Assembly (NCBI GenBank): GCA_020891255.1
Contig: BQFW01000008.1
Span: 2,356,001 to 2,420,000, forward strand
Length of the DNA stretch: 64,000 nucleotides
Direction: 5' to 3'
DNA from: Entomortierella parvispora E1425
Taxonomy: Eukaryota; Fungi; Mortierellomycota
In this document: positions 23,578 to 36,414 of the stretch, piece after piece
Layout of the letters: every line of letters begins with the position of its first letter
Numbering within the stretch: the stretch's first letter is position 1
Translations under genes and position numbers: made by a program
The notes under the pieces: model-generated
What the model saw: the letters and a program-made list of their open reading frames with translations, nothing else
Told to the model about the DNA's origin: nothing
The model's database searches: none

Positions 23578-25482
23578 TTATGAAGGGGCGACGAGGGGGG
23601 GGGGGACGTAACGCCCGCACTTGGGTTGCGGATCCGGAGCCACGGTGCCTCGAGTGGGGGCTAGAGGCAGGAACATGATCTGGGGTCTGTACCCAGCGGT
23701 CTTTTGCAGCTCTGCTTGTTGAACCCAGTGAGGGAGGTAGTTCAAAAAGATTGTCCTGATAAGTCGATCTGACCAGGTCTGTTGATTATTTCAGGAAATA
23801 GAAAAGTGCCTTGGTTATTTCATGATGGTGTAGGTAACAAATGACACCACATCGAGAAGCAAAGAGGTTGTACCTGACCAGCCATGATCTTTGACATAAG
23901 CAAACTGGCATTGTAGGCTGTCCTTGCCTTTTCATAGCGCTGGCTGTAATAGCTCTGGAAGGCGGCCGTGATGCTCTTGGAGGAGGCATCCTCAAGATCA
24001 AACAAGCAATTGGCTAACACCACAACATCCTGAAATGCATTTGTGGCTCCCATGCCGCTCGCTGGCAACAGCTATTTTGAGAGACCAACAAAAGTGGGAT
24101 TAGTTGAGTCTCAAAGCTTCCTTGGGAAAGCAGGTCTTTTTCCTTTTTTTTTTTTTTTTTTTTTTTTTACCTTGTGGCATGCATCGCCGATCAAGACAGT
24201 TCGTCCATGGTACCAAGTCTCATACAACTTGTGCTCATGGTACACCTTTGAGATCAACTCTGGAGGCGTGGCTTCTACAATGTCACGCATTTTGGCTCCA
24301 CTGAAGGGACAGGGTCTGTCTAGAAACTCCTTCAACATCTCGGCTGTACTGGCTTCTGGGCCCCACTCTGCATTCGCAAATCGCTCCTTCTTTGCCTCAG
24401 CCTCCGTGGTGAATTGCAAATTCATCCCCCACGTAAATCTGTTGTTGTTGATGTTGCAGGCGCCCCACTTTGTGTCAATGCCAAAAAAAAAAAAAAAAAA
24501 AAAAAAAAGGTCAGATAATGTTCACGGCATTTGTTTCTGTTCGCTCAGGGAACAGACCGAGGAGACCGAGGACTTACATTGTGGCGCACTCCTCCGATGA
24601 TAGAATCAAAATGACCGTAGTCATCCTTCAGCACAGGGAACTTTTCCGGGTCCATGGGTCCAGTGGTTCCGACTATGCAAGCAAAGCCGACCTCCAGTTC
24701 TTTGGTATCTTCCTTTGGCAAGAGTCCCTTCTCGTCCAAGGTTTTGTAGAGACTCTGTCGAACGCTGCTATAGGTGCCATCGGCCCCAATGAGGAGGGCG
24801 GCCTGATAGGAGCTTCCATCCGCACAGTGAACCGTGACTCGTTCCTCCTCTGGATGGTCCTCGATCGTCACTACTTGCTTGTTGAGCAGAATCTTGGAGG
24901 TTGGTACTTTGGACAATAGAATCTGTGTCAGCTCTGGTCGAATAAAGAGCACGCTTTCGTATCCGGTCCTAAAGAATAAAAAAAAAAAAAAAAGGAAAGA
25001 GACAGTGATGAGTTGCTTGAATTCCTTGACGCAGGTCCTTCGCAAGAGTTATTGGTGACCGCGACCCATACATGTCCTTTTGACCATCCATCTTTATACT
25101 GCCCATAGGTTTCAAGGACTCATCTAGCAGGTTCATGGAGGTGCATTTGATAGAGATCTTCAAGAGATCGTCGAGTATCCCCAGTTGTTCAAAAACAGGC
25201 ATGATATGCGGTCCTAAGGACATGACCGCTCCTGATAAACAGAATCATAGCGGGGATGCTGTTAGTTTGACCTTTGTGAAATCAATTTTTTTTTTTTTGG
25301 TTTTTTGCACTCAATGCCAAAGGAAAACAGGTGATACCGAGGGCTTTGACCTGCGAAGCCCGTTCCAAGATGCGGTATGGAATCCCGATTTTGTCGAGGA
25401 GGATGGCCATCAAGAGGCCTCCCAGTCCAGCACCGGCGATGAGAACCTCGGGCAACGGATGTTGATATGAGGTAGACGACAT
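23578..25482 (-). CDS. FAD-dependent monooxygenase, paralog 2; multi-exon
   Basis: EVLIAGAGLGG, LIGADG, VLIGDACHK|LLPASGMGATNAFQDVVVLAN, and last exon TWSDRLIRTIFLNYLP...YRPQIMFLP ending at TAA 23578. Confidence 0.88.
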
Positions 25483-26393
25483 CTATGAGGAGGGGGAGTG
25501 AAGAAGTGACGGTGAGAGTGGAGTGATTGGAAGAAAGAAGGAAAAGAGTAAAGAGAAAAGGAGGGAGTGGACGCTTGTACGACGAGAAGGGAGAAGGAGA
25601 GGGCATCAACGGTATCGCCGTTTACCCACGCCTCCACTAGTCTGGCAAGATCCACCACGAGAGCCGTCTGTGTTACCTTTTCCTTCCTCACGGATGGTGT
25701 GGGTGAAAGCCAAGAGGGAAGCGAGAGAGAGACAGAGAGAGAGACAGAGAGAGAGAGGAATTGATCAAAGGAGCCTGTTTGCTGCAATCAGGTGTCAAAG
25801 ATCACTGAACACCGCAGTGTCAATTGTGCGAGAGCCAATGTGTCGAATGTCTGTCTGCCAGATGGAAGGTCGCAGTGTAACAGTGCTTCTCTTGCATGAC
25901 CGCTGGACTCTTGCCTTCTTTTGGGCAAGAGGGGAAGCCCTGTCCTTTGGATCTTGCATGCTCGTGGATAAATGGTCGTTGAATGCACTGACAACGACAA
26001 TGTGAGCGATGATTGGGTGTGATTGTGCTTGGCCGTTTATTTTCATTGTGAGCATCTGCTGTGTAACCATCGGCGTCTGTTCGGAAATCCAAAAGGAATT
26101 GGAGCATGCAGTGACATTTTTTCTTTTCTTTCTTTTGTGAGCTTGCATGCAGCAGAACAGGAAGAACCTCGACGACGGGACGGGACACAGGGTGTATGTA
26201 TTAATTATTGTCTGGACGTTGTAATCACTGGAGCGCTCTTGCGCACTTTTCCGTCTCTTTTCCTTCTCTTCTCCACTTTTCCTCATCATCCGCTTTTATT
26301 CTCCTTTCCCCTCACTGCTCACAGGACTGGTCCATTCCTTCCCACGCAACTGAACAACACATCATTTTCACCCACAGTTCCACCAAATCGACA

Positions 26394-28632
26394 ATGACGA
26401 CCCCTGCTTCTTCAAAAAGGGTTGCACCCCGAGTGCTGATTGTGGGCGCTGGCCTGAGTGGCTTGATGCTTGCGATCCTTTTCGAAAAGATGGGCGACGT
26501 CGAGTACTTTATCCTGGAGCGCGCTCCAGCTGCAAAGCCTTTGGGTAAAAAGCCAACGCAGTAATCAACGACTATAATCTCAACGTCCTCCTGAAAAAAA
26601 AAACAGGAAAGAGGCGGCTAAATCCTATCGCTGTACTGTTTTTACTACGGAATAATCTTTTAGGATCGGCCATGTCCTTGACCCCTAGCATCCAGCTCTT
26701 GTTTGATCAATTGGGGATGGGAGAAGAGCTGAAGAAGATCTCGCTCCGGTTCCCTGGCGCCAAGCTCTATGACGAAAACCTCAAGTTATTGGGAGAGGTT
26801 GTTCATCCAAAGACATTTCAAAAGTAGGTCGGCCCTTGCTGAACATCATCTTGTGGGTGGGAGAGTATTTCATGAAAAATTGTTCATAACGCTCTTTGGG
26901 GGAAACTCAATGTTGTAGAATGGGAGGGCACATCCTGTTGCCACGACCCGAGCTTTTCGACTTGCTGCTCTCCAAGATCCCAACTGAACGGATGCAATGG
27001 AAAAAGCGTGTTCTCAAAGTGGACGAGGAGGATGAAGACAATAAGGACCAGGTCACGATCACTTGCGCTGACGGCAGCAAGTATGTCGCCGACATGGTTG
27101 TCGGAGCAGGTACAAACCTTCCCTGATGACTGTCTCGAATAATCTGGATAAGCGAGAGAGGTGGTTCTAACATTCGTTATCATGGCTATAGATGGCGTCT
27201 ACAGCAGTGTCAGGTATATTAAAGTCGAGGTGCCTTGCACAAGAAAGGAGAAAGTCTCTCTTGCTGTATTTCTAATACAACATTACTTCAAAATCCAGAC
27301 AAAACATGTATAGGGTCATGGAAGAACAGGGGATCCTGCCAAAGGCCGATAAAGAGCCATTGAACGTCGGTTTCGCCTGTATGGTGGGCGTTACCTCTGC
27401 TATGGACCCAGAAAAGTATCCCGAGTTGAAGGATGATTTTGCTCATTTCCGATCCGTCGTTGGAGGTGTTCGTCACAATGTACGTTGAGCAGGGAGCGGG
27501 GCAGGGGCAGTGATTGCCATGTTTTGGGCTGTGCTACAAATAGCGGGATCCTAACACACATCTTACCTCTTGTCTTGATACTATTGCAGTGGGGCGCCAT
27601 TAACATGCCCAACAACAAGTTCGCATGGCAATTCAACCTCCAGTACCTTGACGACAAGGAGGCCAAGCGACAGTTGTTCATGAATTCTGAGTGGGGTCCC
27701 GAATCGAACAAGGAGATGTTGGATGAGTTCAAAGAGCTTCCCAATCCCTTTGGCGGCAAGATGGCTGATTTCATCAATGAGACGCCTCCAGAGCTGGTCT
27801 CCAGGGTTTTTCTTGAATACAAACTGTTCAAGACTTGGTACCATGGCCGCTGCGTCCTCGTTGGAGATGGTTAGTGCTGAAAACGAAATGGTCTACTGAC
27901 ACAAACACGACACATTATCGATTACCGACTGACATTGCCTATTTTTTCTTCTTCTGATATAATAGCATGCCACAAGGTAAAGTTGATGAGCGGAGGAAAG
28001 GTCTGTTTTCTAATGGTTGTACTATGATGCTAACATCTGGCGTCTTCTTTTCTGCGGTCCTCTATTTTTCTTGTATTAGATGCTTCCGGGCGGTGGTGCT
28101 GGTTCGTTTTTGTGGTCCCTTTTTTCGCGTCACGGTCGCGTCTCTAGTTTTCACTTTTGCTACAAACATACAGTGTTTCTGACAATGTTCCCCCCTCTTT
28201 TTTTGGTGTCCTGTCCATATAGGAGCCGTGAATGCCTTCCAAGATGCCGTGATCTTGGCCAACTGCTTGTATGATGTGGATGGCAAATCAGTCTCATCTC
28301 TCCAGGCCGCATTCCAAAGCTATTATGAGCAGCGGTTCGAGAAAGCCAAAGCGATTTACAAGATGAGCGAGGTCATGTCCAAGGTAATGTCGGGTCTGAC
28401 CTGGCAGGACCGTCTTGCCCGATGGCTGGTCATGCGAATGCCTCAATGGGTTCTACAGCGCGATTTTGAGAAGGCAGCCGCGTATCGACCTCAGGCCATG
28501 TTCTTGCCTCTGGTAGGAGACAAGGGTATGATCCCCGCTGATCCCCAAAAACCTTGCGCGCGGTACGTGGCCCTCCAAAAGAAAGCTGCTCAAGCAAAGG
28601 CCACCGCAGCGACAGGATCTGTTGCTGTTTAG
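26394..28632 (+). CDS. FAD-dependent monooxygenase, paralog 3; multi-exon
   Basis: RVLIVGAGLSG, VVGA^DGVYSSVR (22-nt exon), VLVGD^ACHK^MLPGGGA^GAVNAFQDAVILAN and YRPQAMFLP. Confidence 0.9.
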
Positions 28633-29447
28633 ACTTGAAAGCAAAAACAAAAAACAATAATATAGTGAATAAATCGTTTACTCGTCTGCCACCAACTTGT
28701 CTCTTCTCATGCCCATTTACTCAAAAAACAGGTATGGTATGAGTTTTCAAAGACATGACTGCCCTTGCTAAATGGTTTAAGAGGTCAACCCGATGCGATG
28801 AAGAAAACAAGAATAATAATAAGGGAGTGGCCAAAGAGTTCCGAGTTCCTTTCACTGTAAGTTTTAATTGGGAATCAAAGATCGCTGAGCACCGTTGTGT
28901 CCATTATACGAGAGCCCCGTTGTTGAATATCCCTCTTCAGAGAGAAGGTGCTGCCTACCCGAGATTGGTGCTCTCCATTTGCAGGGTCCAGCAACTCCGG
29001 TCAGCTGAAACCCTCCCCTGGCGCTGATGGGAGTTTTTAATGCCAAGGTTCCAATGGTCATCATAGCTGACAGCGGGTCGAGGTTAAGAACGCGACAATG
29101 TGAATGGTGTGGATGATTGGGCAATCGGGTTGTGTTTTGAAATGATTGCCTTTTCGTTGTGAGCATCTGCTGTGTAACCACAGGCGTCTGTTCGGCAATC
29201 CAAAGTGGACTTTGAGCATGTCGCACCATTTTTTTTTCTTTGCGGGGCTGGCTGGGTATTGAGGCTGTTGCTTTCAGAGGAACTTTTTGCATTTTTTTTG
29301 TTCTCTTTCATTTTCCTTTCCACTTGTCCTCTCCATCCCCTTTTATTCTCCATTCTCTCGGCAGTTCACTGGACCGCTCTCCTGGTCCATTACTCCTCAC
29401 GCAACTGATCAATACCTCATTTTCACCACACTTCCACCAAATCGACA

Positions 29448-31685
29448 ATGACGACCCCTGCTTCTTCGACAAGGATTGCACCCCGAGTGCTGATCGTGGG
29501 CGCTGGCCTGAGTGGTTTGATGCTTGCGATCCTCTTTGAAAGGATGGGCGACATTGAATACTCTATCCTCGAGCGCGCTTCAGCAGCAAAGCCTTTGGGT
29601 AAATAGCTAAACCAACACTCAACTGCAACAACCTGAACTTCTCTCTCTTGAAAAAATAATCAGCGGCTGAACTAAACTAAATCCACTTTACGACACAACG
29701 TATGTACCATATAGGATCGGCCATGTCCTTGACCCCCAGTATCCAGATCTTGTTTGAGCAATTGGGGATGGGGGAAGAGCTGAAAAAGATCTCGCTCCCC
29801 TCCCCTGTCGCCAACCTTTACGACGAAGAGCTCAATCTTTTGGGAGCGATTGTTCATCCAAAAACGCTCGATAGGTAGGTTGACCCTTGCTGAACGATCC
29901 TTCCGCGGAGGTGATCGTAACATCTAACGAGGAAAGGATTGCCACAGAGAAGACTTCACGCGAAAAAGAAACTGTTCATAACACCCTTTTTCATTATTTA
30001 GAATTGGGCAGCGTATCCTGTTGCCACGTCCCGATCTGTTCGACCTGTTACTTTCCAAAATTCCGGCTGAAAGGATGCTGTGGGGAAAGCGAGTTCTCAA
30101 AGTGGACGAAGACGATGAGGCAAACAAGGATCAGGTTACCATCACTTGCGCTGACGGAAGCCAGTATGCCGCTGATATGGTTGTTGGAGCAGGTACTGCG
30201 AATTCTCTACTGATCGATGACTATCGCGGACGCTTCACATGGATGAGAGATACCGTGGTATTGTGCTTGCTAAAGATTCTGTAATTCAACTATAGACGGC
30301 GTGTACAGCAGTGTCAGGTATACCACAATCGATGTTTCTTGAACGAGAAACAAGAGTATATCTTGCCCTGTATTTCTAATATCAATTCCACTTCGAAATC
30401 AGACAAAACATGTATAGGGTCATGAGCGAACAGGAAATCTTGCCTAAGGAAGACGACGAACCATTGAACGTCGGTTTCGCCTGTATGGTGGGCATTACCT
30501 CGGCTATGGACCCAGAAAAGTACCCCGAGTTGAAGGATGATTTCGCCCATTTCCGATCCGTCGTCGGAGGTGTTCGTCACAATGTAGGTTGAAACACAGG
30601 AGAGGGGTGTGTGGCTGTAATATGTATGGCTGTATCACGGTCCTAACTCTGACCTTACTTATTTGAATCCCGGGACAACTGCAGTGGGGTGCTATCAACA
30701 TGCCCAACAACAAGTTCACATGGCAGTTTAATCTCCAGTACCTCGACGAGAAGGAGGCCAAGCAAAAGTTGTTCATGAACTCGGAGTGGGGTCCCGAGTC
30801 GAACAAGGAGATGTTGGACGAGTTCAAAGAGCTACCGAATCCCTTTGGCGGCAAGATGGCTGATTTCATCAACGAGACGCCTCCAGAGCTGGTCTCCAGG
30901 GTTTTTCTTGAATACAAACTGTTCAAGACTTGGTACCATGGCCGATGCGTCCTCGTCGGAGATGGTTAGTGCTGAAAGCGAAATGGTCTACTGACACAAA
31001 CACGACACGTTATCGATTACTGACTGACATCACCTATTTTTTTTCCGTTTGATATAATAGCATGCCACAAGGTTGCGTTGATGAGTCGAGAAAAGGTCTG
31101 TTTTCTAATGATTGTACTACGATACTAACATCTGGCGTCTTCTTTTCTGCGGTCCTTTATTTTTTGTATTAGATGCTTCCGGGCGGCGGTGCAGGTTCGT
31201 TTTTGTGGTCCCCTTTTTCGCGTCACGCTCGTGTTCCTTTTTGATTGTCCCCCCTAACACCACATATTCTTATAGGAGCTGTAAATGCCTTCCAGGACGC
31301 CGTGATCCTGGCCAACTGCCTATACGATGTGGAGGATAGGTCAGTCTCGTCACTTCAGGCCGCATTCCAAAGTTATTATGAACAACGATATGAGGGGGCC
31401 AAGGAAGCCTACAATACGAGCGAGGTCATGTCCAAGGTAATGTCGGGCCTGACCTGGCAGGACCGTCTGGCCCGATGGCTTGTCATGAGAATGCCTCAAT
31501 GGGTTCAGCAACGTAATTATGAGAAAGCAGCCGCGTATCGACCTCAGGTTATGTTCTTGCCCCAGGTAGGGGACCATGGAATGGTTCCTGCGCTTCCCCA
31601 AAAGCCCTGTGCACGCTACTTGGCCCTCCAAAGTAAGGCCGTCCAAGCAGAAGTCTCCACGGCAACAGGATCTGCTGTTGTTTAG
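29448..31685 (+). CDS. FAD-dependent monooxygenase, paralog 4; tandem duplicate of paralog 3
   Basis: Same exon structure and near-identical central exons and introns as 26394-28632; the upstream non-coding block is also conserved. Confidence 0.9.
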
Positions 31686-32094
31686 ACTCGAAAGCTATTG
31701 AACAAAGTAACAGTACCTGTTGGCCACTGTCTGTCTTTGGCTGCCACCAATAAACGCCTATTTCTTCCATGGTATCTTGCTGGTTAGCATGAATGGTGCT
31801 GAAATTGTTCGTCATTGGTGGTTGTGAATATGAGCAATCGTTGTTTTGTCTTTGTTGTGTCCACCTCCAATATCGCACAGCAAAGGTAGGAAGAACGGGA
31901 CAGAAATATGAGTGTTTGTGGACAAGTGGTGAGAGTGGTGATATGATGGAGAACGCCTCTTCCAGTCGAGTAGATATTCCGACTACTGTCATGGCTGATT
32001 CTGAGACTCTCCAGGCATGGATGTGAGAATCACAGCATCGCGGCTGTTCACGGCCTGGAAAGAAAAAAAAAAAAAAAAAAACAAACCAACTCCC

Positions 32095-32450
32095 TCCCAT
32101 CTCTCCAAGTTGCCTTCTAGAGCTACTATTATGAGCAGCGATTTGAGATGGTCCAGAGACTCTGCCGACTGAGCGAGATCACCTCCAAGGTCATGTCCAG
32201 TCAAACCTGGTCCGATTTTGCGATGGATCCTAATGAACTTGCCATCTTCTTTTCACCAACGGTAGTGTATAAGGTCTTCAGGCTACAAGCCTCACCCCAG
32301 TTCTTGCCTCAGGTTCCGCAACGTGGCACCGTCCCATATTGGCCACTGGTGCCCTCTGGACGTTATCGGCGAGAGTGCCAGGAAAAAGATAGAAAGAAGG
32401 GCAAGGCAGACATCGTTCTAGCTGATCATATTGGCCACGCCAAGGCGTAA
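32095..32450 (+). pseudogene. Relic of the last exon of a further FAD monooxygenase paralog
   Basis: Translates as SLQVAF*SYYYEQRFEMVQRLCRLSEITSKVMSSQTWSD...PQFLPQVPQRG, versus SLQAAFQSYYEQRFEKAK...MSKVMSGLTWQD in paralog 3. In-frame TAG at 32118-32120; no upstream exons found. Confidence 0.75.
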
Positions 32451-32715
32451 TAGCAGAGACATACCCTCTCTCTCCCTTTGTGAAATTGTCAATGCTTTTT
32501 TTTAATGAATTGTGCAAGAATCTTAACATCCAGCTTCCTATCGTCTCTTCCTTCATTGAGTCGGGTACCTGTTTGTTCGCCCTCGCCCACTTTCTCTCCA
32601 GGCCTCTATCGTCCTCTGTCTAAAATAATCTTATGCGGAAACGCTCCAACAGCGTGACTCCAACGGGAGAGCGAGGAGGGAGGGAGAGGCATACATTCAA
32701 TCGGGAGACTCTGGC

Positions 32716-33800
32716 TTAAACACGCTTGCGGCTGTCCTCCTCGCGGATCTTGCGAAGTCTGGCCTCACGGTCCGACTCCTCAACCTTCTTCTCGGCCTTG
32801 GCCATCTCCTTCTGGACCTCCTCGACAACAGTCTTCTTGATCTCAGCAACCTTCTCCTTGACGTCCTCAACAGTCTCCTTGGCAGCCTGAGCAGTCTCCT
32901 GGACCTTGGTCTCAACAACCTCCTGGATCGACTCTTGAGTGTTCTTCTTCTCAAAAAGCTGCTTCACCTCCTCGCTCGCCTTCTTGACCTTCTCCTCTGC
33001 AACAGCGGCCTGGCTAGACAACTTGGACTCCGCAGAAGAGATAGCAGAAGAAACAACGACCGAGGGTGATGAGGTCGATGCTGATGAAGTCGAAGTAAAG
33101 TCGCGAATCTGCTGCTGCATGTCCTGGGGCAAGTACTTTGACAGGTCAGACTGGTTGGCCTGAGCGATCAAACGGTTGGCAGAGGCGGGGAAGAAGTAGC
33201 CAAAGGCCATGGTCGAGAAGGCCAAGGGGCTCAGGAAGCGAATCAAGATGTTGCGACGGCTGGCAAAGATCGATCCAGCAAATCCAGCAACAACGACGTA
33301 CAAGGCAGCGGGCATAACCTCCTCCTCCTTGACCAACACAGACTTGATGTTGCCTACGAATCATTTAGTTTACATCGTGTTAGCTCAGATTCTACAAGTT
33401 CAGATATAAAGACTTCCTTGTCACTAGAGAGGAAGGTGGACATGTCAACTTACTCTCGGCTTCCTTCTCAATGTCAACAACCTTGTTGGTGACCATCTGG
33501 AGGTGGTATTTCATGCCCAAGATCTGGCGGTCGGTCTCCTTGCGAGCGGCGCGGAGAGCCTCATCCAAACGAGTAGGCTCCTCCTTGATGACCATCTCGG
33601 GTTCGGGCTCATCGTAGATGGGGAGCTAGTGGAAAGAGAAAGGCGGATTGTTGATTAGTCCAGAGTTCTGTTCAAAGATGATCCTAGCAGGCGTCCTTTG
33701 TAGCACATACCTTTTGCTTGCGCTCAGTACCCTCGGCAAGAGCGACAACGCCGGTGCTAGCGCTGCTGACCAAAAGACCGGCGCCCAAGGCGAGCACGGT
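32716..33800 (-). CDS. MICOS complex subunit Mic26/Mic27 (apolipoprotein O family); multi-exon, exact start uncertain
   Basis: LPIYDEPEPEMVIKEEPTRLDEALRAAR, hydrophobic AALYVVVAGFAGSIFASRRNILIRFLSPLAFSTMAFGYFFP, and a K/E-rich coiled C-terminus. Confidence 0.75.
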
Positions 33801-34497
33801 GTTTACCTGCAGTATTGGACATATACGACACGACTCTTTGTGAGTTTCATCAATTTTGTTTCTTACTGTCGTCGTCAGTCGATCAAGTCCATCCTCGTGT
33901 CCTCGTTCCTGGGTATCGACTTTTTCATTCCAGATGCATGTATATGGTGGGCGGGAAGAAATAGACACCGTCGGATGCTTGCGGTCCCTGTTTCCCGAAG
34001 CCGGGGAGGCGAAGGTAAGGCGCGTTGCAAGTGTTGAAAGGAAGTTAACCGTGATCGCCTTTCAAAATCGCTCGTGCAATGGGCTCTCTTAGAATGTCAA
34101 GGAATGTCAAGAGACTCTCTTTGGGAATGACCAGTTTGGATCTGATGCTAGGCATTTCCTTGTCATTGTAAGGTCCCTGATGCAGCATTATCAGTGTTCC
34201 TGTCCCTGAATCCCTCGGTGACTTTCTTTTCTCTTTCGAATTTCGGCTGTCCACGGCTGTTCCTGACATGGCACCCATGGTCGCTCATCTGGTCTTGGAT
34301 GTGTACCTTCAAGGAAAGGGGAATACGGGGCATGGTATATTATGGTAAGGGTAAGGGGAGAGGGGAGAGTGGAAGGAGAAACTGAATCAAGCATGGCACC
34401 GAGATTGGATCGATTCGATCATTTCAACGGCCGGAGCCAGATGTTGTTTCATCACGTGATGACGATTTTTGGTGGCAAACTGGGCAAGTTCCTTTTT

Positions 34498-35799
34498 TTA
34501 TTCTTCTTCTTTGTTCTTGGCCCGCGCTGGCGATGCCGCTCGGGCCAGGTCTTCTGCAAATGTCCTTAGCAAAGACGTTGCAGATTCTGTTGGATTGGTC
34601 TCTAAAAGCTGGTATACTTGTTGCAATAGCTGCTGTCGTTCTTCCTGAAGACTTGGCGGCACGTTGTTGTTGGTCCGTGCTCGCCCAGGTGGTATTGGCA
34701 ACTCTTGCTTGTCCCCCGCTGTTTGTTGTTCTGTCATATCAACATCGTCCTGACCTTGAGATGTCGATGAAGGCAAGGCTGCGTCCTGAAATTCTGGGTC
34801 CGCTGCCTCTGCATCTTCTTCCTTTTCTACTCCAGAAATATCCTTTGTCAACGGGTGCGAATGTTGAAAATAATATGTGATATGGTAAATCCTGAATGTG
34901 CTGGCGTCTGTTTCTGATACTGCCCCTGCTGATGCTGCCGTAGTATCCTGCCCTTCAGGGGAAATAGTTTGGAGGTGGCATGTGATCCTTGCCTTGCAAT
35001 CGCATTTCACACTCGTTCCTGCAGCTCTTTTCCTTCGCTTGGGTATCCGACCTTCGTCTCCATGCGCACCATCCTTTTCTTTTGAGGCAGCCTTCTTCGC
35101 AGCCCTCTCTTCCATATAACTTGTCCTTGGCTCTCCATACCTCCGACACTTGAAGTCACGGCTATGAATCCATCCAGCCTGAATCTTGGTCAGGTTCTTA
35201 AACTCATGTGTTTGAGCGCCAACGACAAATGTGAATCCAAACTCTCTGGCATGTTGCTCTTTCCATTGATCCAAGTCCTGTTCCAAAAGTCGAAAGTGCA
35301 TCCGTGGGATCTTGACACCTCCAATGTTGGAGATTGTCAACAAGACACGGCCCTGAATATCCTTGTTCATGGCCAAAGTGGCTCTCTTGACAGCCTCGTC
35401 CTCCAACACAGAATCGACAATCTCCTTCATGGTGTTCAATGATGATTGGTCTGATACTTGCAGCAAAATCTTGTCCAGCGCCTCCGTCTAATCAATGGAA
35501 TGAACAAAGAAGACAGAATCAGTATCTGTTGCGTAACATGATCCAATTGATGGTAAAGCAGATTCATTTACAGTAATCTCTCCAGAGCTGGTAATAAGTT
35601 GGACCCCTGGCTCACTGCCTTCACGCTTTGTTGAGGGCTGTTCTGATTCTGATTCGGTCTCTGTTTCTGGATCGCTATGTCCTTTAGCGGAAGCGTCTTC
35701 TGCTCCGTTGTGGGACGATCTAGTGTCATGACCTGGGTTCACTCGTTGCCTACGACCCTGTCGATGTGCCTGAGAAGTCGTTTGTTCGCCATGGTCCTT
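34498..35799 (-). CDS. Protein with a FAR1/WRKY-GCM1-type zinc-ribbon DNA-binding domain (MULE-related fold); 5' end uncertain
   Basis: FKCRRYGEPR...GTSVKCDCKARITC...YHITYYFQHSHPL gives C..C..HxH ligands. A preceding low-complexity exon (~35799-35574) splices in phase 0 to the exon starting at 35487. Confidence 0.6.
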
Positions 35800-36414
35800 C
35801 TAAATAGTAGTTAGGTGACGACAAGGTTAAACAGGCGTAAATGAATAATAATGCATGGGTCATGGTTTTTGTAGTTCTCCTCCAACTTTAAATGAAGGCT
35901 GTCCATACGGGTGAAGGTTGAGAAGTGTCGACCATGGTCCAATGCGTGGCGATGATGTTGGGATGCGATTGCCACAAGTTTGAATGGAAACGCATTCACA
36001 GAGAGGACCACCGCCACAGTGACTGCTTCTTTGACTAGTTGTTGACAGTTTTGGTCACTTTTGTGCCTGCACTCTCGCAACGCGACGTTCTCGCGCAATT
36101 TTATTACCGTAGGGGTTCGCTTTTTTTGCTTCGTACCTATTCACCATCAACCTCCTGCTCCTGCTCCTCTGCTAAAGAAACCTGCCGTGCCCTCTTGCAT
36201 TTTTGAAAGATAGTAGCAAGGTCATCAAGGAAGGGTTGGAATTGAGTGTTTTTCAACTTGTTGCAGAAATTCCGTGGATGCCAACATTCAGGGGGAGTAA
36301 CTATAAAGTACTCATCCAGGCCTGGGATGGTGTCGAGGTTGTGGTGGCCGTCCTTGACAATAGCCACCCTGCTTTTCGATTCTCTCTGGATATCTGCTTT
36401 CCAGCGAGAATCAA

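Noticed and set aside
34163-34333. 56-aa ORF MPRIPLSLKVHIQDQM..., reminiscent of a transposase HTH start
   Set aside because: Too short, with no catalytic domain or terminal repeats nearby.
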